Below, piece by piece: positions 25,700 through 40,335 of a stretch of DNA of 59,964 nt (positions are counted from its first letter, which is position 1; the number at the start of each line of letters is the position of its first letter). Made by a program: the position numbers and the translations under genes. The stretch is from Perkinsus olseni (Eukaryota), in assembly GCA_013115125.1 (NCBI GenBank), contig JABANN010000004.1, positions 124,001-183,964 on the forward strand, given 5' to 3'. The notes under the pieces were generated by a model. The model had not been told where the DNA came from, did not search any database, and saw only the letters and a list, made by a program, of their open reading frames with translations.

Positions 25700-26722
25700 A
25701 TGGACGCTAACAACAGCGATAGTAGCCGCCATCGTTTTGTGGGAATGAACTTCACCAGAGCTGAATCCCTCACTACCGGTATTGGTGCTGATGGCCGTAT
25801 AGTCTCCCAGGTGATAGTCGATGGCCACTGGCCTTGGTACTGAGGCCTTATCCTTGTCAGAGCAAAGATATCAGGTCAAAAGAGGACGCTCAGCGCCAAC
25901 GGATGCGAGATTCTCGACCAGAGTTTCGTCGTGAAGCGGGCGGTATGGCCGAGAATGTGGAGAGCTCCCTCGAGGTAGTGATGACAGTGGCTGACCCTGT
26001 CCACGACTACTGTGTGCCATGCTAGGCCACTGCTATCGAAGAGGCTGCTGCTAGAGCTGCTCTAGACCCTGATCAAGTGTCCGGTCATGATCCAATGCCA
26101 AGGTTTGATGAGGATGATTTCGACATTATGGCCAAGGAGAGGAGGGCTGCCAAAAGAGTGAGGGCAGAGGATGAACAAGAGTAGGCTGGTCATGGTGACA
26201 CTAGCTGTGTCACACAACTTGTGTGGTGATAATCATAACAGAGTGTTAGATACACATCCGCTTTAGCAAAGCAGAAGGCAGCACGACAGGCACAGATACG
26301 AGGGAAGTCTAAACAGGTGCTGATCGGTGGAGGGTATCATCATCATTATGCGTATGGCATCATTCCATTAGGAATCCCTCGAGATGGCTGTACTGGGTAT
26401 AGCAGCGTCCTCACCGTCTAAGAAGGAGGAGGCGGCGGTAGTAGTAGTAGCAACTCATGTTAAGGACCGTAGCGTACCTGACCGTCAACCCTAGGCACAT
26501 CATCGAGCCGGGTTTTCTGCTAGTCTTATCGCGGTCAAGGCTAAGCCGAAGTCCGAGGCCCTAGGGAAGGTTGGTTCGCCTCCACATGCTAGTCGAGTAA
26601 GGGGCACCCTACACCGTGATGCCGCGGATGACGAGAAAGTTGAGGGGTCGCTGGGAGCATTGGTGTCGGGATATCAGAGCAGCGATACCTCCGACGACGA
26701 CGACGATGAAGAGGACGACTGA
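25700..26722 (+). CDS. Hypothetical charged protein, possibly FAM192A/NIP30/Fyv6-like
   Basis: Spliced helical charged protein with PRFDEDDFDIM and C-terminal LGALVSGYQSSDTSDDDDDEEDD*. Family similarity is by motif impression only. Confidence 0.45.
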
Positions 26723-26868
26723 ACGTACTATGCTGGTATTAGCGGACTTGTATTATTACTTGTATATTTGAGTGCTTAAGACTTTTCCACAATGGGGATG
26801 ATACTTGATTTAAGTTCCCCCTTATCCCGCAAGTCATTATCCTGTACAGTTGATTTTTACCTCCTTCA

Positions 26869-27429
26869 ATGAGCTCACCAGTGTGGAATACATTCGCGTA
26901 CATCTTCATGCCTTCAGGGGTAGGAATCTTCATTTTCGCTGCCCTCCCTCGTACGTGCTGTTTTCAGGCTATTCTCTGCATGCTACTCCTATCGGGACTC
27001 CCCTTCTTCGAGCGCCTGGCGGAGGGTGTGTCTCGCATAACTGTTAAGATAGGGAGTATCGAGTTCGGCTGTCTTAACTTATTCGCTGGAATAGTAAGTT
27101 TACTAGCATCGGTAGCAGCTTCTCTCTCATCACCATCCTCAGTCTGCCTTCTTCCTGTTCTCCGAGATAATGAAGCTGCAGGATGCAGCATCGAGGCAGG
27201 AGGACTTCCCCTCAGTGGAGCTCTCTGACAAGTTCAAGCTGCAGAGGTAGAATCATGTTTGCTATCGTGTGGTGGTAATCGTCGACACTCTCGTAGTAAC
27301 GTTGACAGGTGGCGTCATGAGCGTAACTACTGGATATCCCTCTTCGTTCTTACACTGTGGGTGGTGGCAGCTAGGTTAACAACTCTCATCCGCCGACATA
27401 AACTCAACAACAAGCAGAAGCAAAACTAA
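26869..27429 (+). CDS. BAP29/BAP31-like ER membrane protein (3 TM)
   Basis: Spliced: MSSPVWNTFAYIFMPSGAILCMLLLSGLP...KLQRWRHERNYWISLFVLTLWVVAARL...KQKQN*. The RxxRNxxIS motif before TM3 is BAP31-like. Confidence 0.7.
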
Positions 27430-27556
27430 GAGATGATGAGATGAAGAATGAGCGAACACACATCGATTTGTGCAACTTTTCCTATTGTAACGTCTTGTTG
27501 CGCTTTGAGTACGGGAGGAGGTTACACTGCGCACTTGTAAAGGTTGTATTGCCATT

Positions 27557-29132
27557 ATGGTTGGGACGGGTGACGAGGCTTCACATGGCATGAACGGTGA
27601 TAGCGTTGATGCACAGCCGAAAAGCAAAATGACTATGGCACAGAGGAATAGAAAACGGTGGCGTGATAAAAAACGAGCCAAAGCACAACAGAAAGAGGAG
27701 AGGGAAAGGAAGAGGGCACGCCCTTCGGATGAAGGCTTTCCGGAGTACGTCCTGTGATGTGTAACACGTGTATCAACCCCGCTGTGGGTTAGGGAGTCTC
27801 CCGCGCAGCGAGGCCCACCATTAAAGACTCATCTCGTGGCCTTGGGGTACAGTGGCGAAGGACTGAAGGGGATGCAAATGCAAACGAATGAGAAGGGAGA
27901 GGAGGTCCGCGTGCTTTGGCACTCCTGCCTGTGATTGTTTATTGATCAGACCCACGCAACCGTCGAAGGCATCTTTCATAAGGCGCTGTTAGCTACAGAG
28001 TTGAGCACGACCGAGATCTTAGCTTATAGGAAGAAGTTGAAGTTCAGCAGAGCAGCTCGGACTGATAAGGGGGTGGTAGATATGGTACATATCGCCGTGC
28101 ATCGGCCGGCAGGTTCACGCTGCCTTGAACATTCTCGCGTTGGCACTACCCGTTACATTGGATAAAACGCTTGCCCAGGAGGGAGACGGAGGTCGCAATG
28201 TGTGGACTTTCGACGAGAAGGCAAATGTGAAAGCCCTGAACGATTACCTCACGCCCTTGAATATGCAAGTGTAAGTGAAGTAGGGACCCCGTCCACGATT
28301 GTCCCTCTTCTACTGCTATCTTAGATTCGGTATTCAAAGAGTGTCAAACAAGTTCGATGCTCGTAAGCAATGTGAACGGAGGAGGTATGAGTACTTGCTG
28401 CCTGAGTTCGCCTTGGATGGGAAGGCTGATGCAGCTAAGTTGGACGAGGTGCGGCAGACTGCTGTCTAACTGGGAAGGAGTAAGTGATGACAGTTCTTAG
28501 GTCATGTCACAGTACGTTGGGAAGAACAAGAATTTCTTCAACTTCACCGCAAAGATACCTGCGGAGGACCCTTCAGCTAAACGCCACATATTGTCGATAA
28601 CCTGTCGACCGACTGAGATAGAAGGCAACGCCTTCGTTCGGATACAACTCGTTGGACAGAGCTTCTTGTTACACCAGATACGGAAAATGATCGGTCTCGC
28701 AGTAGAGGTACGATCATTATACTCATCGTGGATCGTATCATCATGTACGCTGACGAGCAGGTGTGTCGGGGTAGCGCTCCCGTCGGTGCGATAGAAGAGT
28801 GCCTAGCGGCCAAGGAGAGGAAGCACATCCATCTGGCGCCTGCAGAGGGTCTATTCCTCGACAGAGTGTATTTCGATGGTTACAATACTGGCAAAACCAA
28901 TGGAGTGGAGACCGTGCCCATCGAGCCCAAAATATGGGAGGAAGATATCGAAGACTTCAAACGCCGCGTGTTGTACCCTATAGTGTCGAGGACTGTCATA
29001 CCGAAGACTCGAGAGTGGATTGATGAGAATCTCGCTGTGAACCCCTTCACGCTCGTCAACAGCCCAGGATATGTTTTCGCCAGCAAAGAGCCGAAGGCAT
29101 CAACAACGGAGGAAGAAAGTTGTCCAACGTAG
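27557..29132 (+). CDS. PUS1: tRNA pseudouridine synthase (TruA/Pus1 family)
   Basis: LGYSG, RAARTDKGVHA (catalytic Asp), FDARKQCERRRYEY, FFNFT, GQSFLLHQIRKMIG, APAEGLFL. Confidence 0.93.
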
Positions 29133-29200
29133 CGCAGTGCTTCCCTGTTAGATACGTAGTACGTAGTGCACCTAGTATTGCGTTTATGAGTTGTCATTTA

Positions 29201-32200
29201 TTACAGAGAAAACGCATGCCCGAGCGTAGCTACTAGCGAGGAACGATGGCGAGAGGTCTTCAACTCAACAGTGACCTCGAGAGGGTTAGGAAATATTGGT
29301 GATAGACTCGCTTTGCATGAGTCACTGATGACATACTTGCTGACGTCCTCTAGGCAGCCGAAGCCTCGCATGGCAACTGACGCGACCTCTCTCAATCGTG
29401 CCCTAACGACGGCTACTTGAGTATATCTAGTAGGGTACACGAGAGAATACGCCAGGCCTTACATAGGAAGCTCACCTTGGCGGCACCAGTGCAGTCGAAG
29501 ATCGAGTTACTGTCATGCCGAAGTCATCCACAGAGTGGAGCGATGCGAACCGCCATCGACCCCGGGATACTTTTTGGCCAGCGAAGAACCGAGGGCAACA
29601 AAGTGCAGTGTGCCCCTACGAGGGGGTACTGGACTAGTACCCCTCGTATCGCGTGAGTTCGTCCTTTATCACAGAAAAAACGCATGACCATGCGTGAATA
29701 CTAGAGGAAAACCGTCAAGGAGCGCCCAGTCTCTCGGTCTGCCCGAGAGAGGCAGGAGATATCGGTGCTGGCGTAGTCTCTTGACGACCCCTATACGCCA
29801 TAGTGCCTATCCCCACATCCCCACATCATACTGCCAGCATGCAACGGCCTTGGATACGCTCTCAACACCACTTGAATGGAGATATATTGAAACGCCTCAG
29901 TGAGGCCGCATTGCTGCTCATGCATGGGTGGCTGTCTCAGTCGGTATCATCATCATCGTCCGTGGAGGATGGCCGATCCTTCCCTCGCAGAATCGCTGCA
30001 ACACGCTTAGCATCTCGGACGAGAGATCGTCTCAGTTGGAGCCGGACAGTCGCTGGAGTCTTCGTACGATGTTTATGCTGATCCTAACACTCGCCATCAA
30101 CCGGAGTATCCTCCTTCCACCTCACCTCAGCGGCGCATAGCAATCCTCTGCTCACGGGAGGGTGGACAGCATGCTGCAGGAGAGGGGGGCCTTCGCCATA
30201 TCCAGAATCCGAGGTTGCTCCGGACTGGTGGACCCGTGGTCCCAGCCGACCTGCTGCCTGAAAATAGCACTCCGATGATGGGATGAACAATAAGTGATCA
30301 CTTGCTGGCTATCAACAATCGCTAGCTGATGATGACTGCAGCCATCCCGGTCCAGGACCGGACAGGAAGAAGGGGGACGGAGGTCCGGGAAAGGAACCCA
30401 AGACTCAGCAGGGAGGAAGTGTGATGGTTGGCCGAGGGTCGGAGGATAACCCTGGCAACAGTGGTGGGCCAAACGACTATATCCGCCATGCCGCTACTTG
30501 CCGAAGGAGGCGGGATTCTGCCTCCTTGTACTTCACAGCGACCTCGTTGGCAGTGACCTCGAGATGGGCGATGCGCTCGTTCAGCCTCTAAGTCGCCGCA
30601 ACCATTTCGCATTATCATTACAATCTGCCAGACCTACCGATAGCTGCATCACAGCTTCTGTGTCCATCACTGGTACTGCGTGTTCTACAATGGCAGTTAC
30701 CTGCACACTGCGTGGCCTCTCCGACAAAACTACGGGCAGAAGCCCCATCCTACCTGGTCACTACGCAGTGGGGCTTTTGTCGTTCGAGCCTCCCTAACCT
30801 CCCGAGGGCTCCTCACCACGGGCTCCAATACGAGCTCTGGTGACATGGACGTGTCTCGCATGACGAGTGTGTCATCCTCCACCAGCCAGCTACTCTCCAC
30901 TGGCGATCCTCCACTAGCCACTTCGGCACCCGCAGGCATATCCACTGATTGTAGAATTCGAGAGGTTTGCACTTGTGTATGTGAGAGCTGGCAAATGAGG
31001 GCAGATAGTGCGGTCCTTTGAAGAGAAGGCGGCGCTGTCCGTCTAACCTCTTGCAACGAGGAATTCGGGTTCGATATCTCCTCGTCCACCATGATCCTTA
31101 TCGGCGGACATGACTCGGGGGGCACCTGAGACAAAAACATACTGCGTATAATGACCGTCGGTGACCATGGTCACCAATCCCTGGCTATCCTCCTCCGCAC
31201 GGGCACGGTGTTCACGACTGCCCTTAGGTGGCTCAATTGTTGGTTGAAGCTTGACTGAAGGAGGCTGCTGTTCAACTGCTACTGCCGCTTCCTTCAGCTC
31301 CTCAGCACCATCGTCTTCGGACTGGTAGTGGGACGGCATAGCGTCGGGTACTGCAGAGGGTACCTCCGTATGAGAGGGGCTCGCCGCAGGAGTTGGTCCA
31401 CCCAACTCGCACGTCTGACAGAGTCCGCCCCTCTTTCCGAGGTACAGCTCTAACATACCGTAGGATCCTCCTCGACATCCACGGTGACCCCTATCGGGGT
31501 GGGGATAGCCCGAGTCACGGTAGATGCTTCTAATTGAACGATTCTTCTCGTGAGTTCCTGACGACACAAGAGACGTGGGGTTCAACGGTCGAACATTCGA
31601 GCGAACTTCAATCCTCCTCAGCGTAGTATCATCTTCACCATCTCCATCATTGCCGTGACACCTCTCGGAGACACCCTGGAAGCGTACGAGCAACATATCC
31701 CGGGAGATACAACTTCGCCGTACTCGAGTGTCCTCATCATCACCAGCAACATCATTGTCGAGTTCGGCAGGTTGTTCGTCCGTGACATTAGATTCTACCG
31801 CATGAAGTTCTGCATGCACTTTCAAGTCCTCCTCCGGCCCCTCATCACAGGCACCCATCTCCCCCAAATGGTGCTGATTAATATGGGATACGGGCAAATG
31901 CTCCATTCCTCCGGGACTACCATTACTCGAGTCGCTGGACTGTTCGCTTCAATCACTAAACCGGTTTGTCCAGAGGCATCCGGCTGGACTCCATCCAGTG
32001 CCCCTTGTGGTGTGGCTGGTGCCGCCTCCATCGAGGCATCGGGAACTGTTAAAGCCTGAGTGTCCATAATTGGCCACCCGTTCGCCGAGACCACGTGTCT
32101 ACGTTTACTTCATTGACGGGCGCCGTCGTCGTCGTCGTCCGTTGATCTCTATCGGTGAGGTATTTTACTTTCTCATCCATCAAGGATAGGACCCTTAGTA

Positions 32201-35200
32201 GAGTCTGTGTATCTATGCAAACTGTATCATGACTCCCCGACCGGTGGTTAGAATGCTAATATCACCAGCATATGGTACGCGATCGTGGTCGTAGTCAACA
32301 TCAAGCGGGACTTCGGCATCGTTGGAAGTAGGCGCCGCAGTGCTTGCGTCCTGTAGTAGGACTTGATACACGCCAAGGCGGGCTTCTTACCGCCCTTTCG
32401 GGCTGAATATCCTCTGGGTGATGACCTTCCTCTTCGTGATCACCCAGCATAGTCGACTCGACAACTGGATATCCCTGACGAAGATGAGTGAGTTCCGGAC
32501 GTCTTTGAGGATTCTTCTTATGAGCTCTCCCTGGCAATGGGCGTGCGCCCACCCGTTCGTACAGCATCTGGTGGCACTTCGGTTCTCCTTAATGTATCAT
32601 CATTATCTCCATTTTGCTCAGCCTTCTCCGATGCGTCCCGTGGATGTAGCGGAGGACACTAGCCGAGATCGGACCCAGACGATGTCATCAGCAAGAGACA
32701 TGCGGCTCCGCCGAGTAACGATGTCCCCACGGCCTTACCGCAGGGGCGTCACTTGAAAAGCAATCGTGTTGACAGGCTTCTTGTTCTAGAGTGCACTCAG
32801 GAGCAGGAGGCTCTTTCTCCTCTTCGAAGTCCCCCTTCGCTCCGTCATCACCATGAGCGGCCTCCTTATCGCCTAGATGTCCCTGATGGCAGTAGAAGCA
32901 TCGCTACTGCCAGACTGTGTTGTTAGTGAGTAGCCCCAGGCGAGCTTCCCCACACACACCCCGACATTTGAGCCGTTATCCTCTGGCGTACTCTTGGATG
33001 CACAATGTGTGGGCGATATCGCCGCTTCCTGCCGCGGCGAAGCATCAGATACTGCAGATGCCTGAATGCCTGCCATGGCCACACCGATGGACGAGGAATA
33101 CCCCCACTCTCGTTGCTCCACCAGCGAGCCCTGTGGTTTGATTTCCCTCGGTGAGGTACTTCACTTTCTCGTCCATGAGGGTCAAGGCACGCGATAGAGT
33201 TTGTGTATCTCAGCGCGTCCCAGTATAACATCTAGGCCCCTGTCCAGGATGTATATATCACCCGCATGTGCTACACGATCGGACTCGACATCATCGGCAA
33301 CTTCCGCGGTGTCAAGGGCAGCCGACTCGTCCGGCAGTCGCGCCTGATGAGCCACAGTACTGAGGGGAAGCAAAGGCCCTGGCCAGGATGGCTAGCTTAC
33401 TGTCCTAGAGGGTAGAGCACTCTCCTCTGCAAAGTCCTCGCCATCGCCCTCGCGATCACTCATCACACCCGGCTCGACGGTCGCTGGGTAGTGGTCCTGG
33501 CATTCGGGGAGCGGCATAAGGATGATGGGAGAGGCAGTTTCGATCGTCACTCGAGGTCACACGCGTGACGAAGCGGATTGAATCTCATTCCATACCTAGT
33601 CCCACTGATGCGAACTCACCGGCGTGAACGAATCCAGGGTCTGTCGAGAAACTAAGTTTTGTAGGGAATGACGTCCGGGCCGATCGGCTCTGTTTGGTGA
33701 GCGGGCAACCGGTGAACCGGATCGGACAGCCACGTCGGGGCGCCGCCGCACGGGAAGCTCCCGTTGTGGATTCTTCACCCGTTGTTGTTGCCACCGAGCG
33801 TTGAGGGAATCTTCAAGAGGGCGCCTTTGCGTTGATATATCCACGAGTAGCTGACAGGTCGCTAGTATCTGAGGCAGCCCAGCCGTTACAGAGACTGGTG
33901 GAGGAGGGATCGACTCCCTCCTTACAGCTCCGCTCCATCCCGACACGCAGTCTACCAATGCCTCCATACGAACCAGAGCATTATGGGACAATGCTGCCAA
34001 GTCACGGGGGGCGAGGTCCAGGGCTACACGTCCAACACCATACCTGGACATCATTCAACTGCAACTCAATGGTAGGTGCAGCTAATACACGCCTACAGCT
34101 GATATTCCCCCTGCCAGAGCTCCACTGCCGCCTGTACTCTAGGCTGCTGCTGATTACCACCACCATTATCCGACGACTTGTCCATCACTACTAGAGAGTT
34201 GCTGATCATAGCAAGGTCACAAAGCTCTTCATCTCCATAATATCCATAACCATCCTTTGGTGCATGTACCTCCTGAATGGCACATCAAGTAGCTATAAGA
34301 GAAAGAGCATCGTACCTGAGTGGCCGTAGTAGCGCCTTTCAGTCGTACGATCAAATCCTCAGGAAGTGGAGGCCCTCCGTCCGCTGGAGTCAGAGATCGC
34401 ACTGCCATATAAACCCAGATATCATCAGGGATGGTGGGAAGTATCGGGGCTTTGCGTGGAGCTGCTGAACTCTTCTTCGCTGACTTATCGACTGATCTCT
34501 TCCGCTGCCGTCGTGGGCGGCTCTCCGATCTTGGTGTAGCTTGCCCTTTCAGACGCTGACAGATGAGCAGAATTGCGACACTGCAGTAGAACTAAGCCAA
34601 CCTTAGAGCCGCTGCTGATAGGGTGCTGCTGCTCATATCGCCTCTGCTGTGACTGCTGCTGCTGTTTCCGATGGTGACCTCTACTCCCCACTCGTCCTTC
34701 CAACTCCTCGGCCGAAGTAGCATAACCTTCATCCATAGGGGCTTGTTTCTCGAACATAGGGTCGGCTGCGAGGAGTTCCGCCCAATGACGATCAGACGGG
34801 CGAGTTCCAGAAGATGGTAGAAAACCGAAAGGCTCCGAGTAGACAGCAGCCAGTTGCAGTGCCGTAGACGCGCAAGCGTCCGGTTCCTCGTTGCTCCTCA
34901 TGCGTGGTGGTACCGCTTCTGGGGTGGGGAGCGTGGCCTGGGGCGCTTCCAGGGGGGAGGTCTGGGGCGGCCCTATCTGTGATGGGTCTGGAAGACTCGT
35001 TCCTGAATCTGGAAAGGAGTGGTATTGGTAAAAAGCAAGACGGTGCCTTACTCTGTCGAAAGAGCATCGACCCATCATAGGGTCCACTATTAGTAGACGG
35101 AGTCGGTCCATCTGCTGTGGGAATGAATCTTGAGTAGGGCGGCGTTGGCCCAAGAATGTAGGTCGGCGAGGGCGCGGGAAGCTCCATCACAGGCGGTGGT

Positions 35201-36510
35201 GGTCGGTAAGTCGGTCGAGTGGTGGTATTGGGAAGCTGCCTTGACGAAGAAGGCTGGTGAGGGCCTGGGTGGTGGCCCTGACTAGGATCTAATGCCCATG
35301 AGGACTATTGGCTCCCACCATTACACCATAGTTAGCCTCGATGAAGTTGCCGTATGATGGGGTGGCGGCTGATGTCCCTCCACTGGTATGTGACGGCGGG
35401 GAGATAGTTCTAGATGTTGCCCCTCTGAATCGGGAAGCCTGCTACTACTACGGGTGTTCAATAGAGGCCACGGCGAGCAATCGAAAGAACAGCATTAGTC
35501 TCACTTATTTGCCATAGTAGCGGGCAACGGCCGGGAGGATGGCTGGCGGACCACAGGGAATTGGTGGGGGGCATTGGTCTTCCACAATACGCATAGCTTC
35601 ACTCGAAGCTTCCGGTGACTGGTCTGAGCCTCTCTGTGAGTGGTGTGAAGGGGAAAGCACCTATACAGACACTGTTCGGTCCAGCTATACGATCGAAATA
35701 CAGATCAGCGAAAACAAGGCCGTAGAGACTCTCACGGCTATTTCCTGCAAGACCGAGAAGGCACAGTGGAGACGGGAAGAACAGGAGAGTAGCTGTAACA
35801 GCACTGAGTGACCCCAGGAGATCACCCCTCAAGTCGCACCGCCATGGTGCCTCCAGCTCTTGCCTCCGCCACAGCCGGCTGTAGTGGCAGTTTGCAGGTT
35901 TGCTCTGGCAATGGGAGCTCGGGAGATGAGACAATGACCCTTCGCAGTGATACAGATCTAGCATCTGGAGATGATGGCAGGTGTAAGGCCAAGGGCAGAT
36001 TTGAATAAACATGAACTCACCATTGAGATACTTGAGGAACTTTGGTGGAGTGCACCGAATGGTATAGGATACACTTGACTTATCGAATGGTGTTGCAATA
36101 TTAGCAGGCCTGATAGCGACAATGATCACCACGATGACGACTTCGGTGCTAAACTTCTTGGTCAAGACGATGACGATTGTAACAAGAGAAGCATAGGATT
36201 GTCCTCACGTCAATAATGGCTGCTGAATAGTCTCAGTGCTGCTGCTGCCGCTGGCTTTCTTACAACTTGAGTCACCCCACCAAATCACTCGAAACTTCTG
36301 AGGGGTAGTGTCATCATCGGCAAGCGATGGATCCTTCTTCTCCGTCTCCTCCCCCTTGTCCCCTTGTTGTGGAGGCTCTTGTTTTATCTCGTGTATGTCC
36401 AAGGATAGAATACCATAAACAGGGCCCGTTACACTTGGTGGTAATGATAACTCACAGGTGGATGAAGAGGATTGATCAGAGACATTGGCAACAGCAGCAG
36501 AGGCAGACAT
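29201..36510 (-). CDS. Large protein with C2CD3-like N-terminal C2 domain (3' extent uncertain, may be more than one gene)
   Basis: N-terminus LPPSVTGPVYG...FRVIWWGD...YTIRCTPPKFLKYLN resembles the C2CD3 N-terminal domain (LPPxVxG, VRWWG, YAIRCGPKQFxxYL). It is followed by long low-complexity minus-strand ORFs (34485-35153, 33596-34054, 31043-31906). Confidence 0.55.
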
Positions 36511-37066
36511 TGATCAACTGGGTAGACAATGGAACAGGCTGCCGTGTAGAAAAGCCGTGTTTCGAACACACAGTCACAGCTCCCAGGTCCCACGTTGAGA
36601 GGAAATGGTGTCACTGTAACAACGTCTAGCATGGTATTCCAAGGGTACAGTAATGACCACCACTCGGTATTGCTCGACACCGGAGAGCACACTTCTCGAT
36701 GACCCGCACGCATAGGACCGCTCGATGTGTGACAAGTTATGTGACCGGCGTGTGAGGCCCTCGGACTGGAGATTATGATCGGCCTGTGTCACTAGCACCA
36801 ATACGAAAATGATACGTGGTCATCACGATACCTACATATGCATACCGTACTTTCACGAACTCACGAATAATCGACATTCCTCGAAGAAGTTACAGTCGCC
36901 AATTGAACTTCAGTCGTAGATAGGCGCAAAATTGCGGTAACGACTACGGTTGTCGGCGTGCTCGCCGCGCAATATAACCGTAAAGCATCGAAAGATCTAT
37001 CATTATGCAGGGAAACTAAAAACTGTAATTTGGGGAGCGGCTTGGCGGGTTCTTCCTCTCTCATCA

Positions 37067-39284
37067 TCATGGAACGGCACAGGCTCGAAGGCTTCTTGGC
37101 GTTGGTGATTCAGATCCATCAAGACGCTTCAGAGATGCTTCCACCTTGTCTATGTTGGTACGAATGAAGATGCCAGCCAGCAGACCAAGTAGACCGTTCC
37201 CACACATCACCTGACAAGGGCGGTATACTGGGCAGCATACTCAAGTACAGTCGGCAAGGGTATCCCGCCTGTCCCAAATTAGGACTAGTCATTTTACCCT
37301 CCAACTTACTATGTAAGGCAGTTTATGGGATGGATCCATGTCAAGCATGTAGCCCCCTAGCAATGGACCAATAACCATACTCAGGTTCTGGGTACTCATT
37401 ACCACTGCATTCACGAATCCTGAAGGAGCGGTGAGGAGCACTGATCACCTTCCATGACCATTATTCACCTCGCTTATGCATAGGTGCTATTATCTTAGAT
37501 ACCACCGGTAGGGCAGCGAGGGTTAGTGTGTTACCTGAAACCGAGAGTAAGTAGTGACCTGCCCTGAGAAGCAGGGCAGCAGGAGCTGGAGGAGATGATT
37601 AGACCTAAGGTTATGCAGTAACCGAGGGCGATAGTCGGGCCAATATGATGCTGTAGGTAAGCCACACCCAGGATTAAGCTATGGCACAGTCCACCAAGAG
37701 AGGCGACTGTTGCTATATTCAGGCACCTGATTGATGTGGGAAGGGTAGAATAGTGAATGCTGCTGATTACCTTGTTATCGGGATAAAGACTAATAGATTT
37801 GACACGATGGTGACTATCCCTTGGGAAGCAAGGATGTAGCCAGTGATATCCGATGTAAGGTTCCAGGTAACACCACACAGCAGCGGTAATAATGTTATCC
37901 ATGAGGAGAAGTTGAACTGTATAGTAGCACCAAGGACGATACTACAGACGAATACACTGCACCACTCATAGGACTTCATGTAGTCATCTATCGTCTTTCG
38001 ATGACCAGTCCTCCTCCTCCTTCTCCCCACACCCACAGTGATATTGCGGTCACCCTGCAACCCCGCTGTCTGTGGTGGCGTTGCTGCTGCTGCTGCTGCT
38101 GCTGAAGTCGGAACTCGGCAGCCGTCGTCGTCGTCGAGAGTTTCACCAGATTCATAGGTTCGATTGAGCTGGCGTAGGCCAACCACTGAGGGCGATGATG
38201 ATGACGATGCATCGGGTATAGGCTCCTACGACCGCGTGAGGTAGTAAGATAACGAAGCGATACGGCACGCTTACTTGAAGCCATAGGCCTACGAGAATAG
38301 CAGTGAGGGCAGTCACAGTGCACGAGACCCAGAGAGGGGTCTGAAGGCTGATGGTAGCCAGAGCCTGAAGGGCAGGGCGATGATTGTAATGAGTATCGTC
38401 AGACCTACTCCTCCAGCACCACTCGCCAAGCACTGACTAGCCGCTACGCATAGTCCGATGAGTGAGGAATAGAATGGCATTGCTGTTGGGGTAACCTGTC
38501 GAGGAGCATTGCTGTAGTGGTCCTACCGCCGCGGCCGACAGCCCCGCCGCCTTACTGTATCAGCTAGATACGCTAGGAGAACAGGCCTGGTACCGCTGAA
38601 TAAACCACCAATGAAGCGGAAGGATACCAGGACAGGGAATGACCATGCAACGGCCTGAGGTACGATGAGCAGTGACGCCATTATTTGGAGATACCTCGTC
38701 CCGTCACCTGTCCAAAGTATGCAGCGGCAGTACCACTTAGGGCCCATAGAATGACTCGGGCTCTACCGTAGGTATCAGACATTGAACCAAGTATCAGCGA
38801 TGAGATAAATAAACCCGATCCGTACCTACGGAGTAGTAGTGGAGGGGCTAGTGATGGTGGTGGTTAGGCACATACGATGACATAAGAAGTGAGTTAGCTG
38901 TCCCTAGCCCCATAGTAACGTTGAAATAAAGTATGAAGTAGTACCCTAGTGGTGCTAAAAGAGTGTATCTGAGTGGCAATGAGGGAGTTCCTGCCGATCG
39001 ACTGGCGATGGTGATGATCCCCGGCGGTCGCGTACCCCATGAAATCCACGATGACAGTGGAGTATATCAAAACAAAATTAAATATTCGTCGAGGTTTTGA
39101 TGGTCGTAGTGTCGAAGATGTGTTGTAGTCAGTTGCATGAGGGCTGTCCTCAATAAGTGGAGCTGATAGATGATATATCCTCCCTGAGGGAGAGTACCAT
39201 CCAACTCCCATGATGCGCATGCTGCAATAGCTCACCATTCCCAAGGTCGTCATTGCCATTATGAGAATTGTCCCATCTCTCCAT
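37067..39284 (-). CDS. Major facilitator superfamily transporter (DHA1/TetA-like)
   Basis: IYSTVIVDFMGY, LGSMSDTYG, FRFIGGLFSGTRPVLLAYLADT; many TM exons; start MERWDNS, end ...RACAVP*. Confidence 0.85.
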
Positions 39285-39289
39285 GCTAC

Positions 39290-40335
39290 TGGCTGCAGTT
39301 GATAATAAGTGGGGTATTATCGATCAACTGTGGCCCAGGATGACTTGTGGCTGCAACCCGCACTCTAACACCACAGTCAGCAGCCTGCCTAGAGAGCTCT
39401 ACATCCATACTTAACGCAAGCATGAGTCGATGGACAGACAACAACAGGATGGAGAATACTCATGGCTGCCAATTAGAGAGATACAATCGATATGCTGGGG
39501 TATGGGGGGTGTAGAACTCCTCTATACCAATGCCACGGTTGATCCATGCCCCAGCGAAGCTGCCAGTATACCCTCTAACATACTTAGCAGAATGCTCAGC
39601 ATCTCGAGGGCCATCGTCATGAGAAGGCAGCATCGAAGCAGAAGGCAACGATTTCGTTCGAGTAAGTAACTGAAACAATACTGCTACCCAGTAGACAAAT
39701 TCCCCCTCTGGTCCATACTCCCGATGCCGCAGCGCTCCTCGGAGGCTGCCCAGCGGCACTCCTCGCTTGAGATGATGAATAACTCTCTCCCTCACCACCG
39801 AATTTACAACTTGCCCGTCTCTGTGCCGCGATCTGCAAGTCCAGCCAGCCTGAGTAATTACCCGATGAATACCGCACTCAGCTGATGAGGATGATTATAG
39901 TAGTAGTACCACTGAAGTTGAGGAACTTGAATGATGCTAGGCTATCTAGAGACGTACTAGCTAGGGACCGGCTGGCATTCTTTGTATCTTTTGCGGGAAG
40001 GGGAGTCGGTGCAAGCATGAAAGCACCAGTGAAAGTACAGACTGTAAGAATGACGATGCCAAACTCATGCCCGGGCCCTAATCGCGATGCAGTCATCAAC
40101 AGGCCATCCTGCACATTATGTTTCCTACAGCGAGTATGAGACTTGGACTTGGAAGGCGCGTAGACAAGTATATCATATAGCGATCGGGAAGCCCCATCAA
40201 CAGCATGTCTCGATTCCGCCAAGAGCCGCCCCGCAAAAGCCAGAGGCTAGTGCAGCGGTGGCGAAATAGGAACCGTCTGAGGCTCTGAGGACGACAGCTT
40301 CTCACGACAACCTGATACCTCTCCGAATGCGTCAT
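39290..40335 (-). CDS. Hypothetical protein (exon structure unresolved)
   Basis: Overlapping minus-strand ORFs 39460-39798 and 39878-40222 with splice-like signals. No family recognised. Confidence 0.3.

Noticed and set aside
36574-37070. ORF whose ATG overlaps the MFS stop (ATGA), suggesting operon-like coupling
   Set aside because: Explained by an (ATG)n repeat; the downstream ORF is unsupported.
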